The notes beneath the pieces were generated by a model that worked only from the letters and a program-made list of their open reading frames with translations, was not told the origin of the DNA and did no database searches. A stretch of DNA of 62,957 bases, filler included, from Sphacelaria rigidula (lineage: Eukaryota): the NCBI GenBank assembly GCA_964200075.2. It is 6 parts of 6 records of this genome, joined end to end, with 100 filler letters (N's around TTAATTAATTAA, not from the genome) between each part and the next. Parts side by side here need not be neighbours in the genome. Positions count along the whole stretch, not along the records: positions 42,040 to 52,448 come from CAXNAA020006543.1; positions 52,549 to 62,957 come from CAXNAA020006544.1; 4 more parts are not named here. One strand, written 5' to 3'. Positions 51,840 through 62,957 of the stretch are shown piece after piece (position 1 is the stretch's first letter; each line of letters starts with the position of its first letter). A program made the position numbers and the translations under genes.

Positions 51840-52249
51840 GTAAGTTGTTGCTGATAGTGCATGTGCAGTTGTGTAATGCCAGTACGTATGTTTTTCATGT
51901 GTTTGAGCCGTTCGCCGACTCCGAGGTATTGAGGTATGTTGACTTGCAGGAGCATTGATGCGTTATGTTCGAGTCGCTCTAGTCAAATGTATGTATATTT
52001 TTATGTGCATACCTATATATTCTCCTATTCCCGTCGTTCGTTTGACCCCTGCTCACCATCCTCGAGATGAACCTGTGATACTCTCGAGAGATGAAGCCAT
52101 CTCCACCGGTACATGCCTCACATGTGGGTGTTCGCAAATTGGATGAGCACTCCGCCCCGCATAGCGACTCTAGTCCAGATTCACGGAGACTCAATTCTTT
52201 CACCCCACACATCTTCGAACCATGTCCTTGTTCCCGCGAAAACCCGGTG

Positions 52250-52403
52250 TGCTCCGTCCCGTCATGTATGGATGCAAGGTCAATGGCCATATGGCTGTGG
52301 CGTGCAACATCATGAGTGCACTCTCCACACGCGTATCTCCGACTCCAAGGGATGCGTGGTCAATGGTCACATGACTGAGGCAAACATTGGAATAAATACG
52401 CCT

Positions 52404-52432
<29 letters not shown>
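52250..52432 (+). repeat. Tandem variant A + variant B poly(C)-tailed elements
   Basis: gctccgtcccgtcatgtatggatgcaaggtcaatggcc..atcatgagtgcac, followed by ctccgactccaagggatgcgtggtcaatggtcacatgactgaggc..tacgcctc(C)n. Confidence 0.78.
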
Positions 52433-52434
<2 letters not shown>

Positions 52435-52548
52435 GGTGGTCCCGCAAANNNNNNNNNNNNNNNNNNNNNNNNNNNNNNNNNNNNNNNNNNNNTTAATTAA
52501 TTAANNNNNNNNNNNNNNNNNNNNNNNNNNNNNNNNNNNNNNNNNNNN

Positions 52549-53800
52549 CCCCTGGTCATCATCCAGGATCCACTATATACTCAACCGTGACGGCGTGATT
52601 TCGCCACAGTTTCCAGCATGCTTTGTCACGTGTTCCGTTGCGCTTAGACGCAGGAAGGGGTTGCTCAAAAGATGCGGCACAATGAATGACGGTGGCTTTT
52701 CTGTTGGACTCCTCACCATCCTGCTTTCGTTGCCGTGCTGAAACTTCTGCGTTAGGGGCACATGGTCGAAAGCGGGTGCGAATCCCGAGCCTTTTGAAGA
52801 AAGTAAATGAAACTTCGATGGTCCGTTGAACCTCAATTAAATGTTGAACCTCAGAAGCGAATCCAGGCTGTTTAAATCCTCGATGACCGGTGGTTGTTCT
52901 GACTCCCTTTCCACAGGGATTACTTCCCCAGAGTCGAGATCAGATACTTCGGCAATCTTCACATCCTCCAAGGAGGAGGGTATTCAGGGTGCTCCAGCGA
53001 AACCCAGATTTGTGTTAGGTGTGAGCATTTGTCTCTATAAACCGGTGTGACGAAGAGGAAAAGTCGACTCTCCAGCTTCTACGATAATTTCACGTGGAGA
53101 CCAGTCTGGATCCAGAGTCACATAGTAAGAGCCACTTCTGGTCGGTGTTCCATCCATGTTTAATAATTTCACTATTACAGATTCCACCACAAAGTATTGG
53201 GTCGTACCATATCATTCGGTCAATTGTACATCACTACAACCTGCGGCGCTACTGATTCCGGTTCGATGAAAGCAACAGCATTGCTAATACTTTCCGCGAA
53301 AACACGGTCAACAGAGTCTACGTCATTCCCCTCGAACGTCATGACTGTCTCACGCTTATTAACATCTCGATACGTCCTGACCGGGAAAAATCCTAGACCA
53401 TCACGTCCTACTACGATATCATACTTCATCGTGTCTGCCAGTGCAATATGGATGGGCACAAACTGCTGAACATGCCTTGCCGTTTTGGACCGAATTTCGT
53501 GGGTTGGGTCTTTGAGGCCATAACCTGATAGTTTATCGTACCTGCTGTGAAGAGGTGCACAGCGGGACACTACTAAAACCTCCCCAGGGTACTTGATCAA
53601 TTTTGAGGGTGTACCCTCTATCGTGGCCGCCCCGATGTCAACCATTCTTTTCCACACCTGGTACTGAGTGAAAGTTGCAGGGCTTCCCGTGTCTACTAGA
53701 GCTTTGACTCCTATCGCTTGAGTAGCTTTTGGACCCGAAACGATCGGAACCAAAGCCGAACTTTCTTTGCGCTTCAGGTTCACTTCCCTACCCATCCACG
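52549..53800 (-). mobile_element. Degenerate Gypsy-like retroelement fragment (aspartic protease region)
   Basis: VKALVDTGSPATF..VWKRM..YDIVVGRD (53220-53795), with the D[ST]G and GRD motifs. It is similar to the protease motif at ~25050. Confidence 0.7.
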
Positions 53801-53877
53801 GCTGTATGAACCTACTCCAAGTATGTGCCTTTCCGGCGCATTATCGGGCGAGTAATTGCTGGTGGAATGCAGCATCA

Positions 53878-55310
53878 GAAGCGCAGCATCGAGAGATTGC
53901 CCAATCCGCAAATATAGAGGAGACGGCCGTCCGCGTAAACAACACGAACAAACCACCGCCCGCTTCGTCACGGAGGCGGAAGTATTACCTGAACGGCTAG
54001 ATCCGTCCAGTTTAGACCAACACCAGCGGGGAGCGAAGTCTGAGGTTGCGGCTTCCCGGGAACATCCAGTAGATTCACATGTTGAGCGCCGCCCGGTCAT
54101 ACAGATGACCCCGGTGCAACCGCACCATCACCCCAACCCCAACATCTTGGAACTAGGGGACGAAGCCCTCACGTCAGACAATTTTCGGTTCTTGCCACAG
54201 ACGTCCGAGCGGCGATGAGGCTTTGGCTCGCAAATTATACCATGCTGAAGTGAAAGAGGCTGACTCTGGTCAGAATAGAGTAGCGGTAACGTTCAAGAAG
54301 GATGAGACCCTCGCGAGGAGTTTGGTTGAAGAGACGGATAAATTGAATGGAGAAATCACCTCGGAATGGCAGCGGGTGGCCAAGCCAACTCGGTCCTACG
54401 CCCAGGTGGCCAAACCTACTGTTGCCGCTTTACGGGACGTGGCTGATTCTCCCGCGTCCCCGACCCTAATGTCTCGCTCCACTGTCTCTGCATGCCCGAG
54501 CTAGGATTGTGACAGAGGCCACGGTAAGTAAGAAAGCGGGCCGCCATCGCATCCTGGATGCGGAAGCAAGTAAGAAGAAAGTAAGAAAGTAAGAAAGCGA
54601 GCCTCGATCGCATCCTGGATGCGAAAGCGACAGTAGCGCCGGAGGTGGAGGAGGCGAAGACGAAACTTGCGGCATTAGAAGCCCAGCATCGAGAGGTACG
54701 CCAGTCCGCGTCTGTAGAAGAGACGACCGTCCGCGAAGCGTGGAAACAACGCGGACAAGCCACCGCCCGGTTCGTTACTAAGGCGGAACACACGCGCCTA
54801 TTTGGCTACCCAAACATTCCTCGACGGCGGTCAACTTCTCGAGCCCCCAGAGCAATTCAACGTCTCCGGAGGGGTGCGCGGCCTTCCAGGGCGGTAGTGT
54901 TTGGTTGCCTCCAGAGGGGTTAAACGCCTCCGGAGGCTTGTTTTAGCCTCTGGACGGCCGCTCATCCCTTGAGAGGCATTTTGCTACCCCCAAATTCCTA
55001 CGGAGGGGTGCGCGGCCCTCCAGGGCTGTAGCGTTTGGTTTCCTCCAGAGGGATTGAAGACCTCCCCGGAGGCTTGTTTTTGCCTCTGGGGGGCCGCGCA
55101 TTCCTCCGGGGGCATTTTGGGGGATAGCCAAATGGCCGCGTGTGAAGTACTGCCTGAACGGCTAGATCCGTCCGGTCTAGACCAACACCAGCGGGGCGCG
55201 AACTCTGAGGTTGCGGCTTCCCGGGAACGTCCAGAAGGTTCGCATTGTGAGCGCCGCCTGGTTATACATCTCGGAACTGGGGGATGAAGCCCTCACGTTA
55301 GGCGATTTTC
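53878..55310 (+). repeat. Direct duplication: unit 53878-54190 and unit 54678-55310 (second unit split by a MITE)
   Basis: Both units read EAQHRE..QSA..EET.VR / TARFVT.AEVLPERLDPS.LDQHQRGA.SEVAASRE. Confidence 0.8.
54789..55144. mobile_element. CACTA/EnSpm-like non-autonomous element (356 bp)
   Basis: TIRs cacacgcgcctatttggcta / tagccaaatggccgcgtgtg. The 2-bp TSD aa is confirmed by the empty paralogous site at ~53975-53990. There are internal ~80-bp direct repeats. Confidence 0.82.
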
Positions 55311-55954
55311 TATTTCATCTCCTTTGGACGCAAGTATACACATATCATTCTGAACCTGAAGCCACGCCTTACAATACCTTAAAATGCCACGAAAAAAAAT
55401 CCTGTATTACGAACAACGATCTTTTGTAGCTCCTTTGAACTAACTCAATTTCTGCACACGCACACACAATTACTTCCTTGATTTGTATTTCGTTGAGTGT
55501 GTTATGATTCAAGTGCCTCACCATCACCAGTTGTTTCGGCCTCTACGACTCTGTCTCGATACTGCGCTCCAAGTTCACACACGACACACTCTTACCGCAC
55601 TCGCCATCATGATCGCAAATAAAGCGACGGCATCGTTCGTGTCGATTTGAAAAATGAGCGCGGGGAAAACGACGAGGAAATTCTGCGACACTGCACTTTG
55701 GCCCCGGCCACACGTTTCATATCCAGGTGCGGAAGCACCCGGTTCGGACCGGGTGCTTTTTTATACTCGAAATTGATGTTTCTTCAGCAGAGCCGGGTCC
55801 GAAATCCACCTCCAAAATACCGGGTACAGTACCCTTGTGCCATAAAAAGCACCAGCAAAAGGTTCCCCCTCTAATTCGCACATTTTACACCACCACACTA
55901 CAGTATTATACCAACAACGGCGAAAAGCCCGAGAGTAGTTATTTCGAATAGTAC

Positions 55955-58531
55955 CTGTCTCATGCTGAAAATCGTGACCCCGAGTTGTCTACAAAGCAAG
56001 CCAATGGCCGACGGCTCTGCGTTGTCAACATCCACTATCCCCGTCGAAACACAACAACCGTACTTCCTGCTGTAAACATCATCCAACGATTTCCACGAGC
56101 CCGTCAGGCGGTGTATCAGTGGATCAACACGTGCTTAAAACGTATGCAACAACATATAGCTCAGCTAGAGGACAGTTCATTCGGAACCAGGCATGCAGCC
56201 TGTTCTTCGTCTTCACATGTGGACACACCTACGGGCTGATTCACGCTCGTCACCCTAAATTAACATATCAGCGAAACGCCTTTCGCAATACCTACCCAAC
56301 AGCCGCATACGTGGTGCCATACTGACCGCAATGAACAACCGACGAGGGTGACATAGCCCATTTTTTGCTGAAGGCCACGGCGGTGTGGTCAAGGGCAAAA
56401 AGGCACCTCCATCAATAAGCAAGAGCCCTTCACGTTCTCAAATTGAAAACACAAATACCCAGCACAATTTTTACCCAATCTCCACATGCTTTAACTCGTA
56501 GTAGTCGCCATCAACTCGGGAATCTAACGGAAAACTATTTGAAAACTGTTACTTTCGGATCGAACTATTCCCACAACCGTGGTATTCCGGTGATGTGCGG
56601 TTTTGGGTCGTCAAATTTCCGCTGGTGGTGTCCACAAAAGACCCGGAAGGCCTCGTGACGGTTTTCCCTTATATATCTGTCGTGAAAAAAGCTTAGACAG
56701 CCCTCAAACTCGGCAGTTCGGTAAGTATTGGTGCTCCAACTGCAAACATATATATGCTCTTGAAAAACGTTTCAAAGTTTTTCCGCTCTTTACTGTCTTC
56801 CGGGGTTCCAGCGTGAAGACCCCCGGAAGCCGGTACATAATGCCCTGATGTAAAACCACAACTGCGCTTCCCGCGGTATTCCAAGGATCATATGTACAAA
56901 GTTTCATTGCAAACCTCGAAAAACCTCATGCAGTTTTTCTCGCATTAACATTGAACATACCCGGAAAAGACGTCTTAACACTAAATTCACGTAGCTACGG
57001 GCTTTCAGGTTCCAAGGTCACTTCATCGCACAAAAGCGGAAATGTTCAGGTAGTTTTTAGAAGCTAGACAGAAACTTTGCACCCGCACACCATGGGATTT
57101 GACAACACTTCGTATGAATGGGGTCTGTCGATTTTTTCTCGACAGTTATCGGGAGTCCCAGAAGAGCATGTCACTTCGCAGGACCCTGAGACCCCGGATA
57201 ACTGGTGAAAGGCGAGAAAAAGTCGAAAGACCCCATTCATATAAAGTTTGTAAAGTACCATAGTATGTGTACAAACTATTAGACTACAGCTCCAAGAATC
57301 GGCATGAACATTCGCGGATAATTGAATTTTGGGGCATGATGAGAGTGAACCCGCGTTTATGATGCGACAACGACCGCCTAATAGACTCTACACTGCACCC
57401 CGCATGACTCTGTGTACAGTACATACAATGACACGTGAAAAAAATAGCTCGGAACGCCTCGGTGAAAAAACTCCAAGAAAAAAAAATGATCGCCAGTGTT
57501 TCGCATTGACACTTGCAGCGCGCGAGCAAAATAACTCAGGGTGGAGATACGTGCAGGAAGAAGACAGGACATTTTCCTCTTCGTTGCGCTCGCGAACGAT
57601 GCGGAATCTTCGCGACGCACGTCTTTTCAGTCCACAAGCTTATGTCGCTGTACAGTGGCGGCGCTCGGGAGGGCTCCGATACCCCGCGGCCGAAGGATAG
57701 TCTTTGAGCGAACCCCGTGAGATCCCCGTCCCATCGCCATTGGAACAGCGGCCCTCGTTCGCGTTGAGCTCACTGCCAGGTCTGGTTGAGGTACAGAATC
57801 ACGGAAGTGATGATCGTCGTGCGAGGTTACGCATTGAGTACTTCGAACAAAGCAAGCGTACCGCTCCACCATACGAGTTAACAACTCCATCGTGCATTGC
57901 ATAGAGTTCTGCCAGAACAAAAAAACAAAAAGAGGAAAAATATGAGCCACCTCAGGCAGACAGACACACGGAACGATCCGTCAAACGACCTGTCGTCGCC
58001 CTCCCCTTCAAAAAAATAAGGTTGTCGATACCTGTCAGTCAACCAGGGATTGGAAATTTCTTCGATTTAGATGCAGCATACCGTAATACTTTTCGTGATA
58101 GCATTCGAAAAGGGCTTTGATAACCCATGTTTGGCTCTTTGTCAGGGCACACCGTGATTGTAGCCTGCAAGTCAGGACGGGCAATGTTCATCTCGATGTC
58201 GATTGATGAGGCGATGAGCGATGCCGGAAACCACGACCGTCACCTTTCCAAGCTTATGTAAATCGTGGAAGTCCATATCGACGGCATGGAGACTTGGCTT
58301 GCAACTGGAGTATCGAGAAATCCGTGTCCGTGTATATTGTTGAATCCATCCCACAAGGTACTTTTCACGGCATTTCAAACTGCAAACAACATGACTTACC
58401 CTGTGGAAGAAGCCGTTAGGTACGGGCGAAACACGGCGTTATAGTTCTGCAGAGTACCGCCAGCCTCATCAAGCACTCTCAGAGCTGCCCCGCCGGGCCC
58501 GAGCGCGATGCGCTGAACCTCCTCGAACATC
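55955..58531 (-). CDS. Probable multi-exon gene of unknown function (partial model)
   Basis: Phase-consistent AG/GT exons 58531-58400 (MFEEVQRIALGPGGAALRVLDEAGGTLQNYNAVFRPYLTASSTG) and 58304-58244 (CKPSLHAVDMDFHDLHKLGK), then an exon from ~57908 (NSMQCTMELLTRMVERYACFV..). A further candidate exon lies at ~56066-55955. Confidence 0.5.
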
Positions 58532-58898
58532 CTGCCAGAAGATGAGCCAATGAAACCACAGACGTGAAGGCCACGTGGTGAAGCGCAGACAAGCATGACC
58601 CAACGCCAAAAAACACGTCTTGATCGAAATGACGGTACTTCGGCTTACAAATATGACACCATTCGCCTGCATGTATCGAACATGGGTCCGATTTGAAAAC
58701 ACGGCAAAGTTTGTCGGAGATCGGTACACATACACCCGCAACGCAACACAAGTGGTAAGCCACCACTGATGCGCTTGTCAGCAATGCCGCAGGTATCAAC
58801 GCCACGGGTCTCCGCATGAAGGCTTTGAACAAAATGATCAACAAAAGGTGACCCTGACATCAACCATAATTCTTTAGTACAAGGGTCGTCATTATTAA

Positions 58899-58998
58899 CC
58901 CTTAGACGGCGAGAGTAGGTCATCTGTTGAATCGGTGTCAATTTCACTTGAAAAAGTGTGCATGATCCAGATGCACTACCCTGGGTGGTCTAAGGATG
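58899..58998. mobile_element. piggyBac-type MITE, copy 3 (reverse orientation)
   Basis: ttaa|cccttagacggcgagagtaggtcatctg...; reverse complement of copy 1. Confidence 0.8.
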
Positions 58999-59850
58999 GA
59001 CGGGCTTTGTTCTTCATGTTTTTCATCCATTTTCATCCATTTCCATCCATGAAAACGGAGGCAAAACAAAACCCGGTGACAACGGCCCTAAAAGCAGGTA
59101 ACGACTTCCAGCCGCACGACTAAACGCAAGCACCACGAAAGGAAAAGGGAACCCCGACCGCGCTGGCACCAACCCGGCAGCACAGCATTCATACATAATC
59201 TACCCCGAGGAAGTACGCACCAAACCGAGTGGAATAGCGCCCCGCCACTCGTCTAGCCTCAAACCGGATGTTCAATAACAGAGTCTAAGAGCATCGCTTC
59301 CTAGCTCGTCGATCCTCGTCGGCAGAAGTGAGGCCTCGGTCGCCTGTATTGCATGGGCAACACGCTGGCTGTATGCATCGACTCGAGAGCGAGGGTATTC
59401 GTTGAGAGCCATGATGACTTGTTCCTGGCGCGTATCGACGGCGTACCCGTCGGCGTTGAGGGTGTCTGCCACGGGTGACATCATGTTGTTGAAACGCCTG
59501 GCGGTAGCTCTTTGCGATGTTTTCAAACCCCGCTCGCCCGTCGTAACCATCATAGTCCGGATAGGCCCCTTTTTCACGGCCATGTGTGGATATAGTCGAC
59601 AAAACCCGCCCTTGCAAGGTCATGACGAAATTGACGATGAGCGATCCATGTCGTCGGGACCCACCTTCCCCCTATCTGATCTGCTTAGTGCGTGTCTTCC
59701 GCCATTTATGTTGAGGTATATTCCTATCAAATCGTAATTTTCTTTCCACCGCACTTTCGTCTTATTTCATTTTGTATCATGTCTGTGTGAATTTTCCGGG
59801 GCTGATCATATACATTTATGTTTTGCCCACACCTTATTTTGGGCAGTTAA

Positions 59851-59950
59851 CCCCTAGACCGCGATGCGGGTAGCCCATCTGGATCACGCATAATTTTTCA
59901 AGTTAAATTGATGCCGATTCAGCAGGTGGCCTACCCTCGCGGCCGAAGGG
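59851..59950. mobile_element. piggyBac-type MITE, copy 4
   Basis: ttaa|cccctagaccgc ... gcggccgaaggg. Confidence 0.82.
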
Positions 59951-59954
59951 TTCC

Positions 59955-60060
59955 TCTGACCGCGGAAGGCATCCGCACCAAATTCCCAGTAGAGATTGCT
60001 ACGCAGCTATCGGAACGCTTTTAATGTGGAAGCAACAACAACAACGACGACGACAACAAC
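59955..60060 (+). mobile_element. 3' terminal fragment of the RTE LINE family with a (CAA)-type tail
   Basis: tgaccgcggaaggcatccgcacc..cgcagctatcggaacg..taatgtggaagcaacaac matches the reverse complement of 26361-26440. Confidence 0.75.
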
Positions 60061-60859
60061 CATACGTTTGCTACGAAACGTCCTCAGGCGGGGTCTAATC
60101 GATAATGATGATCAGTTTTTGAATAGTCACTTTTGAAAACTGGTTGCCCCAACAACGACCAAGTTTCAGTGTTTTCGAGATGCATTCTTGTCCAGATTAG
60201 TTAGGGTCGTACGCCAACTATCAATCATATAAGACGGCTTCTTATATAGCCAGAAAACTGACTCTGAGAGCTGCCCTTTGTGAGCCTTTCATCGCGGATT
60301 TTCGGCGAAATACAGGCCCTAGCGAATTGGGCCTACCCTGAAATATTTGACGGTTAGGACGAATCAGAGATTAACCCAGTTGACTCCCTATGAAATGACA
60401 GGATTCAACCATATGCCGACAGCTGGTCCCGACTGAACCCGACGGTGGATAACATATGCAGTACAGTCATCTCAACCGCATTACACATGGGAGAAGAATA
60501 CGCCTGATTCAAGACCCATGAAATGAGAGGATTCAACCATGTGCCGACTCTTCGTCCCGCACGAATCGCGCATGGCATAGACGTACATGCCATTCACGCC
60601 TCACGAAATGAAGAGTGGGTGGCATGTACAATCGATTCATTCCACATTTCTTCAACAGGGGATGAAAACGTGCCCCATGATTTACCCCGTATGAACGGAA
60701 GGTGGGAGACAGGTACCGTTGACGGTGTACTGTACAACTCAAGAGCTCAAACCCTGTATAAATTACAACTGATGTACGGATCGTATGATTCATTCGTGGA
60801 AATGATGAGCATGAGTTGAATCACGATATAATTCGTTCTAACCGTGAAATATACTTGCA

Positions 60860-61032
60860 ATGCTCTCCAAGAGGATTCTGTCGCACTTTCCGGGTTTTTC
60901 GTCGCACAATCTTACTCTTGACCAGATTCCCGATTTCTTCAGTCGCCCCAAAAATCGGGAATCCGGCCGAAAGTAAGGTGGACGATGAGAAGTCGGGAAT
61001 ATGCGCTAGAACTCTCTTGGAAAACAGAGCAA
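60860..61032. repeat. Imperfect ~170-bp hairpin (fold-back MITE-like)
   Basis: tgctctccaagag...gattcccgattt versus aaatcgggaatc...ctcttggaaaacagagca. Confidence 0.7.
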
Positions 61033-61375
61033 ATGTTTCAGACGAGGCCCGATCCGCCAGGGCCCATATTCCGCCAAAAATACGTGATGAAAGGTTCAAG
61101 AAGAGCAGTTCTCAGAGAATCCGTATTCTGGCTCAAGAAGCGCCGACAGCTTGATTCTTAATTTCAAGTTTATTTGATTATTAAAACCAAATTAATCAGT
61201 TGACTGTTAATTGACTCACACGTTCCGCCGCTGCGAGACAGATAGCTGCGACCATCAACTGCACAATCGCTGAGGATACAGCCGTCCGTGCTGGCTCGGT
61301 ATGTTTTCCCCAACCTGCACGCACCCGACTTGTCTGATTTACTGTACTCGATCACAGCACCCGACTTCAACTTAA

Positions 61376-61853
61376 CCCTTTGGGAACTCACAATGGAAAA
61401 CCGATCATTTTCAATTGAAGGTTTTTGAGCAAGATATGGTCGATGGTTCACACCTCAGACGCAACAACATTCACCCAATGCGTATTTTTCAGACCCGTGC
61501 GAATGACAAGTGGAACAAAAGAAGGTTTACTACTTACCGATGTGTCGTACCAGACCCTGGAACCCATTGCTGTTTTTTTAATGGAGTGTTTCATAGTGTT
61601 TTTGCTAATTATTGTCGATGGATACAGTTGGACACACTTCATCCGTTGCGTGGTATAATTGGACAAACCTCACCCGACCTCTTCAGGGAGGACATTTTTC
61701 CTGTACCCGCCGCGTGTGCTATTGAATTTTCTCTGGTCTTCCATTATAAAATGGTTGCCGTCGGCCTTTTCTACTTCCATATTTTCCTCTTTGTCAGGGC
61801 TTCTCATAATGAGGCGTTTGGCCCGGGGACAGGAGGGGAGGATTCCAAAAGGG
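61376..61853. mobile_element. Larger piggyBac-type MITE (~480 bp)
   Basis: ttaa|ccctttgggaac ... gattccaaaaggg|ttta. Confidence 0.55.
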
Positions 61854-61857
61854 TTTA

Positions 61858-61957
61858 TCCGTTGACGGCGAGAATAGGTCATCTGTTGGCATGGCGTCAA
61901 TTTCACATGAAAAAGGTATATGCATGATCGTCATGGACTACCCTCGTGGTCTAAGGG
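61858..61957. mobile_element. piggyBac-type MITE, copy 5 (reverse, degenerate)
   Basis: gacggcgagaataggtcatctg...ggactaccctcgtggtctaaggg|ttga; aligns with copy 3. Confidence 0.75.
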
Positions 61958-62957
61958 TTGAGTATCGAAGAAGACACAACTAATAGCTTCACAGCCATCA
62001 AGTGATTTTTTTCAACTGTGTATAGACAACACTTAGTCCGCCCACTCCACTGTACAGACCGGAACACGACAGCAGTACAGCTGTTGAGGCACTTTCCAGC
62101 CAGCGCAGATCCAACTATGTGTGGAGAGGATTCAAACGTTCAACAGCACAGCGACAACTCAACTACAACATAGAAATAATAGGTGTGGGGCAACGCCTTG
62201 TTTGTTTTACGGAAGACAAATCAGCCAACACAGCCTACAAACATCATTATTTTTATACAGCTACGAAAACAAGAGTGCGGTGGTAGCTCAGGCAGTTCCA
62301 GCGGAGACCAAACCGTCTTGGCAAGGTCTAAACACACGAGAGTTCAGTGACAGCTCAAAAGATTGTGAGAGAGGACGTGAACACGTTTGTGCTGAACCAC
62401 CACGCAGGCACGGGTCATCACGAGCTAGCGGCAAAAACAGCAGCAGCAGCGTAGGACGAAGACCGCTGGTAAACGTATCGCACACGCTTGCGGGCTGCCG
62501 ACACTACCGCACAGAAACTGTTCCCAATACACGATCATGGTACGGTGCCGCACGCACAACACGGTACGGTGGTACCCGTACAGAGATGTCTGCCGACTAA
62601 TGTCTCGATTTCAGAGTGTTCGAAAGTACAGATGAATTTGTCACATACAGGTGGCGACAGCACTTGAGAAACCACCTGTTAAGCAATCGAGGCTCAGATT
62701 TTCCAGATTTTAAGAACTTGATGCTGAAACATTCTCTCAGATCGGAGCGTAAATAAGGATAGGAAATTGAACGATGCAAGAGGCTCGGCGGATAAGAAAT
62801 CTGTCATCGACACTGCTGCCTTGGGAAAAAACGAAATTGATCCCAGACCCATCAGCCCCTCGATGCAGGAATGCTCCACCCCCCCCTCCATCCCCCCCCA
62901 CCCAGCCCCCACCCCGCACTCCCTCCCATCACCCCCCCCCCCCCCCCCGCCCCTCGC

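Noticed and set aside
59272-59623. Extra exon(s) of the minus-strand gene
   Set aside because: Composition is coding-like, but I could not find splice sites in a phase compatible with exon 58531-58400. Left unassigned.
60800-61930. Run of minus-strand ORFs suggesting an endogenous virus (phaeovirus) insert
   Set aside because: The region is largely explained by a hairpin element and piggyBac-type MITEs. No viral hallmark motif was found.
1-62957. CRISPR array, operon or cross-gap gene cluster
   Set aside because: There is no regularly spaced repeat-spacer array, the DNA is eukaryotic, and the contigs are artificially joined.

Overview
This is eukaryotic, intron-rich, repeat-rich DNA, most consistent with a brown alga (Phaeophyceae); that is an inference from gene structure, uL1 sequence and TE content. 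The window is not one contiguous locus. It is six contigs (10412 bp, then five of exactly 10409 bp) joined by 100-bp N/TTAATTAATTAA linkers, which looks like a size-sorted unplaced-contig pseudomolecule, so adjacency across gaps is meaningless. Host genes, all partial and reconstructed by hand from splice sites: 7 C-terminal exons of an OSCA/CSC1 (DUF221) channel; 2 exons of a NAK-type kinase head-to-head with 2 exons of RPL10A; a 5-exon low-complexity/coiled-coil gene; an unidentified minus-strand gene; and a MITE-disrupted GH114 pseudo-exon. Mobile DNA includes nested Copia elements (one with gag+protease only), two degenerate Gypsy-like remnants, an RTE LINE with a (CAA)n tail, tRNA-derived SINEs, and several MITE types (piggyBac-, Tc1-, CACTA-like and fold-backs). 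The most unusual signal is a ~66-nt structured retroposon family with a poly(C) tail, a fixed 5' start, covarying stem-loops and target-site duplications beginning with CCC. Almost all short ORFs in the supplied track are spurious.
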